A stretch of 16,324 nt of DNA from Stenomitos sp. (lineage in GTDB: Bacteria; Cyanobacteriota; Cyanobacteriia; Leptolyngbyales; Leptolyngbyaceae): positions 1-16,324 of the forward strand of contig JBGTJW010000684.1 in assembly GCA_041744955.1 (NCBI GenBank), read 5' to 3'. This document shows, in pieces, positions 14,914-16,324 of this stretch. A program made the translations under genes and the position numbers. Position 1 is the stretch's first letter, and every line of letters begins with the position of its first letter. Below the pieces are notes generated by a model. The model did no database searches. It had not been told where the DNA came from and saw only the letters and a list, made by a program, of their open reading frames with translations.

Positions 14914-16324
14914 TCAGTCCGTCTGGCACCTCTTTGCCCTTGTATCGACTCAAACGCTTGTTGAAGTAACGCCATACTACCTGACCCAAAATGTAGGGTT
15001 GAAACAACGCGATCGAGGGTTTAAGCAAGTGCAGCACTTCCATAAACGTACGGTAGACCCTGGCTCGATCAACGATTAGTTCCAGCACTTGATCCCAATA
15101 CCAATTCAGAAACTCAGTCACTGCATTAATCGGCTTGCCCTGCGTGTTGCGGTAACGGTAGTCTGCACCCGTTGCCACTAACCAAGCCTCCTGATGTGCC
15201 TTGGCTAATTGTTGTTGCAGGCGGCGGGTGTGGTGCTCAAGTTGGTTAATTCCGTGGTGCTGAAAGAATTGATCTAACAGCACGGCTTCAAGTGCAGCCA
15301 CGGTCATGGCTTGTCCATAGGTGGGATTCAGCGAGCAACCTGCATGTCCCACCACAATAAAATGAGCGGGTGCGTGGGAGCGCCGTGCATAATCGCGCAA
15401 GCGATTTTCGTTGCCGTAATGGGCATAGATGGGCGTAAGGGGTGTGCCTTGTTCAATTACCTCTGCCAAAATTGGGGTGGGTAGACTGCGCGCAAAGGCT
15501 AAAAAGCCAGCTTCATCAGTGGGAGGATAATCGCGATCGCCGCCGACCAAACTGACAATCCAACGCCTGCTATGGGGATTGGAGCGATCGCCCTCAATGG
15601 GAAAAATGACTCCACCGCGTTGCCGCTGAGGCGGGGCAGATGGCACAAACAGCATTTTCCAATCTACAACTAGATCGGCTGGAGGCTGATAGATGCGGGC
15701 AACATAGCCCACAAACGCATCAACTTCTGTTTCGGGTGGTGGCTCATAGCCCAAGGCACTCAACCATTGCGGCGCGTGGGAGGCTTTGCCACTCGCATCT
15801 ACAATCAGATCGGCATAGAGTGACTCAGTGGCTTGAGAGGTCGCACCTGCATGCTGATGCAGCGATACCCCCACAATTTTTGTGTGCTCTGTATCTGTTA
15901 ACAAGCCGGTAACGCTAGTTCCTTGCAAAAATTGCACCCTGGGAAAGGCTGCTAGGCGACGGCGAATCCCCCAGTCCAATAAGTCTCGGCTACAGGTAAA
16001 GAGCCGCAAGTCTGAGGCACACCGAGTCGTCCACCCAGCGGCGGTCAAAAACGCCATGTCTTGCAGACTGTCTACCACGATCGCGCCCTCCGCCACTAGG
16101 TCTGCTTGAAGCCCTGGGAAGAACTGTTCTAAAATTTGTTGCCCCCGGAGCATGAGGCTGTGTGGAAAGCGAGAGTGAGGCAATCCCTTACGAGGCGAGG
16201 GCTGATCCGGATAAAGATCACGTTCTACAAGGGTGACGCGATCGAAATGGTTTGCCAGGGATCGACTGACTAACAGTCCTGCAAAACTACCGCCAATGAC
16301 TAACGCATGAGTCTTGTGTCGCAT
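14882..16324 (-). CDS. FAD-dependent monooxygenase/oxidoreductase (PHBH-like Rossmann fold)
   Basis: N-terminal ALVIGGSFAGLLVSRSLANHFDRVTLVERD dinucleotide-binding motif, LIVDASGKAS, HFIVVGHAGCSLNPTYGQAMTVAALEAVLL FAD-binding block. Start codon is at the window edge. Confidence 0.85.
   Translation of the reverse strand: MRHKTHALVIGGSFAGLLVSRSLANHFDRVTLVERDLYPDQPSPRKGLPHSRFPHSLMLRGQQILEQFFPGLQADLVAEGAIVVDSLQDMAFLTAAGWTTRCASDLRLFTCSRDLLDWGIRRRLAAFPRVQFLQGTSVTGLLTDTEHTKIVGVSLHQHAGATSQATESLYADLIVDASGKASHAPQWLSALGYEPPPETEVDAFVGYVARIYQPPADLVVDWKMLFVPSAPPQRQRGGVIFPIEGDRSNPHSRRWIVSLVGGDRDYPPTDEAGFLAFARSLPTPILAEVIEQGTPLTPIYAHYGNENRLRDYARRSHAPAHFIVVGHAGCSLNPTYGQAMTVAALEAVLLDQFFQHHGINQLEHHTRRLQQQLAKAHQEAWLVATGADYRYRNTQGKPINAVTEFLNWYWDQVLELIVDRARVYRTFMEVLHLLKPSIALFQPYILGQVVWRYFNKRLSRYKGKEVPDGLKNPAPHSLGS

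Noticed and set aside
14748-14975. Minus ORF 14748..14975 as a gene
   Set aside because: Wrong frame: the adjacent frame of the same strand encodes the MNT-domain remnant, and its 5' half is the shadow of the monooxygenase C-terminus.
1-16324. Frequent GCGATCGC octamers
   Set aside because: Highly Iterated Palindrome 1, a normal feature of many cyanobacterial genomes; not novel on its own.

Overview
This is a cyanobacterial chromosomal window, indicated by apcF, glnA with an NtcA-type promoter, and frequent HIP1 (GCGATCGC) octamers. Left part, + strand: (i) a partial CDS tail; (ii) a run of exported or membrane redox genes, comprising a small secreted protein, a Met-rich M-K-x-D-A repeat lipoprotein, a membrane-anchored thioredoxin-like protein (CINC), a CcdA-like thiol transporter, an N-terminally anchored MsrA, a cytochrome b561-like membrane protein, and a Tat/lipobox SUOX-fold molybdopterin oxidoreductase. 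Middle: PHP-domain protein (-), ferritin-like protein (-), glnA (-), apcF (+). Right part: a two-gene Type II restriction-modification system on the - strand (M.HaeIII/M.NgoPII-like methyltransferase and NgoPII-like endonuclease, predicted GGCC), mnmG/gidA (+), a decayed MntA-HepT toxin-antitoxin remnant split by a 124-bp MITE-like element, and an FAD-dependent monooxygenase (-). Main leads: (1) a putative envelope methionine-oxidation repair/scavenging operon analogous in parts list to MrpX/YedY systems; (2) near-total absence of GGCC in the window, matching the predicted specificity of the resident RM system; (3) a mntA-hepT pseudogene missed by the ORF track, whose frame is exactly restored by removing a 124-bp inverted-repeat element plus one 4-bp target duplication; (4) a canonical NtcA promoter (GTAN8TAC-N22-TAN3T) giving glnA a leader of about 310 nt. 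All calls come from reading the sequence by eye; no database searches were run.
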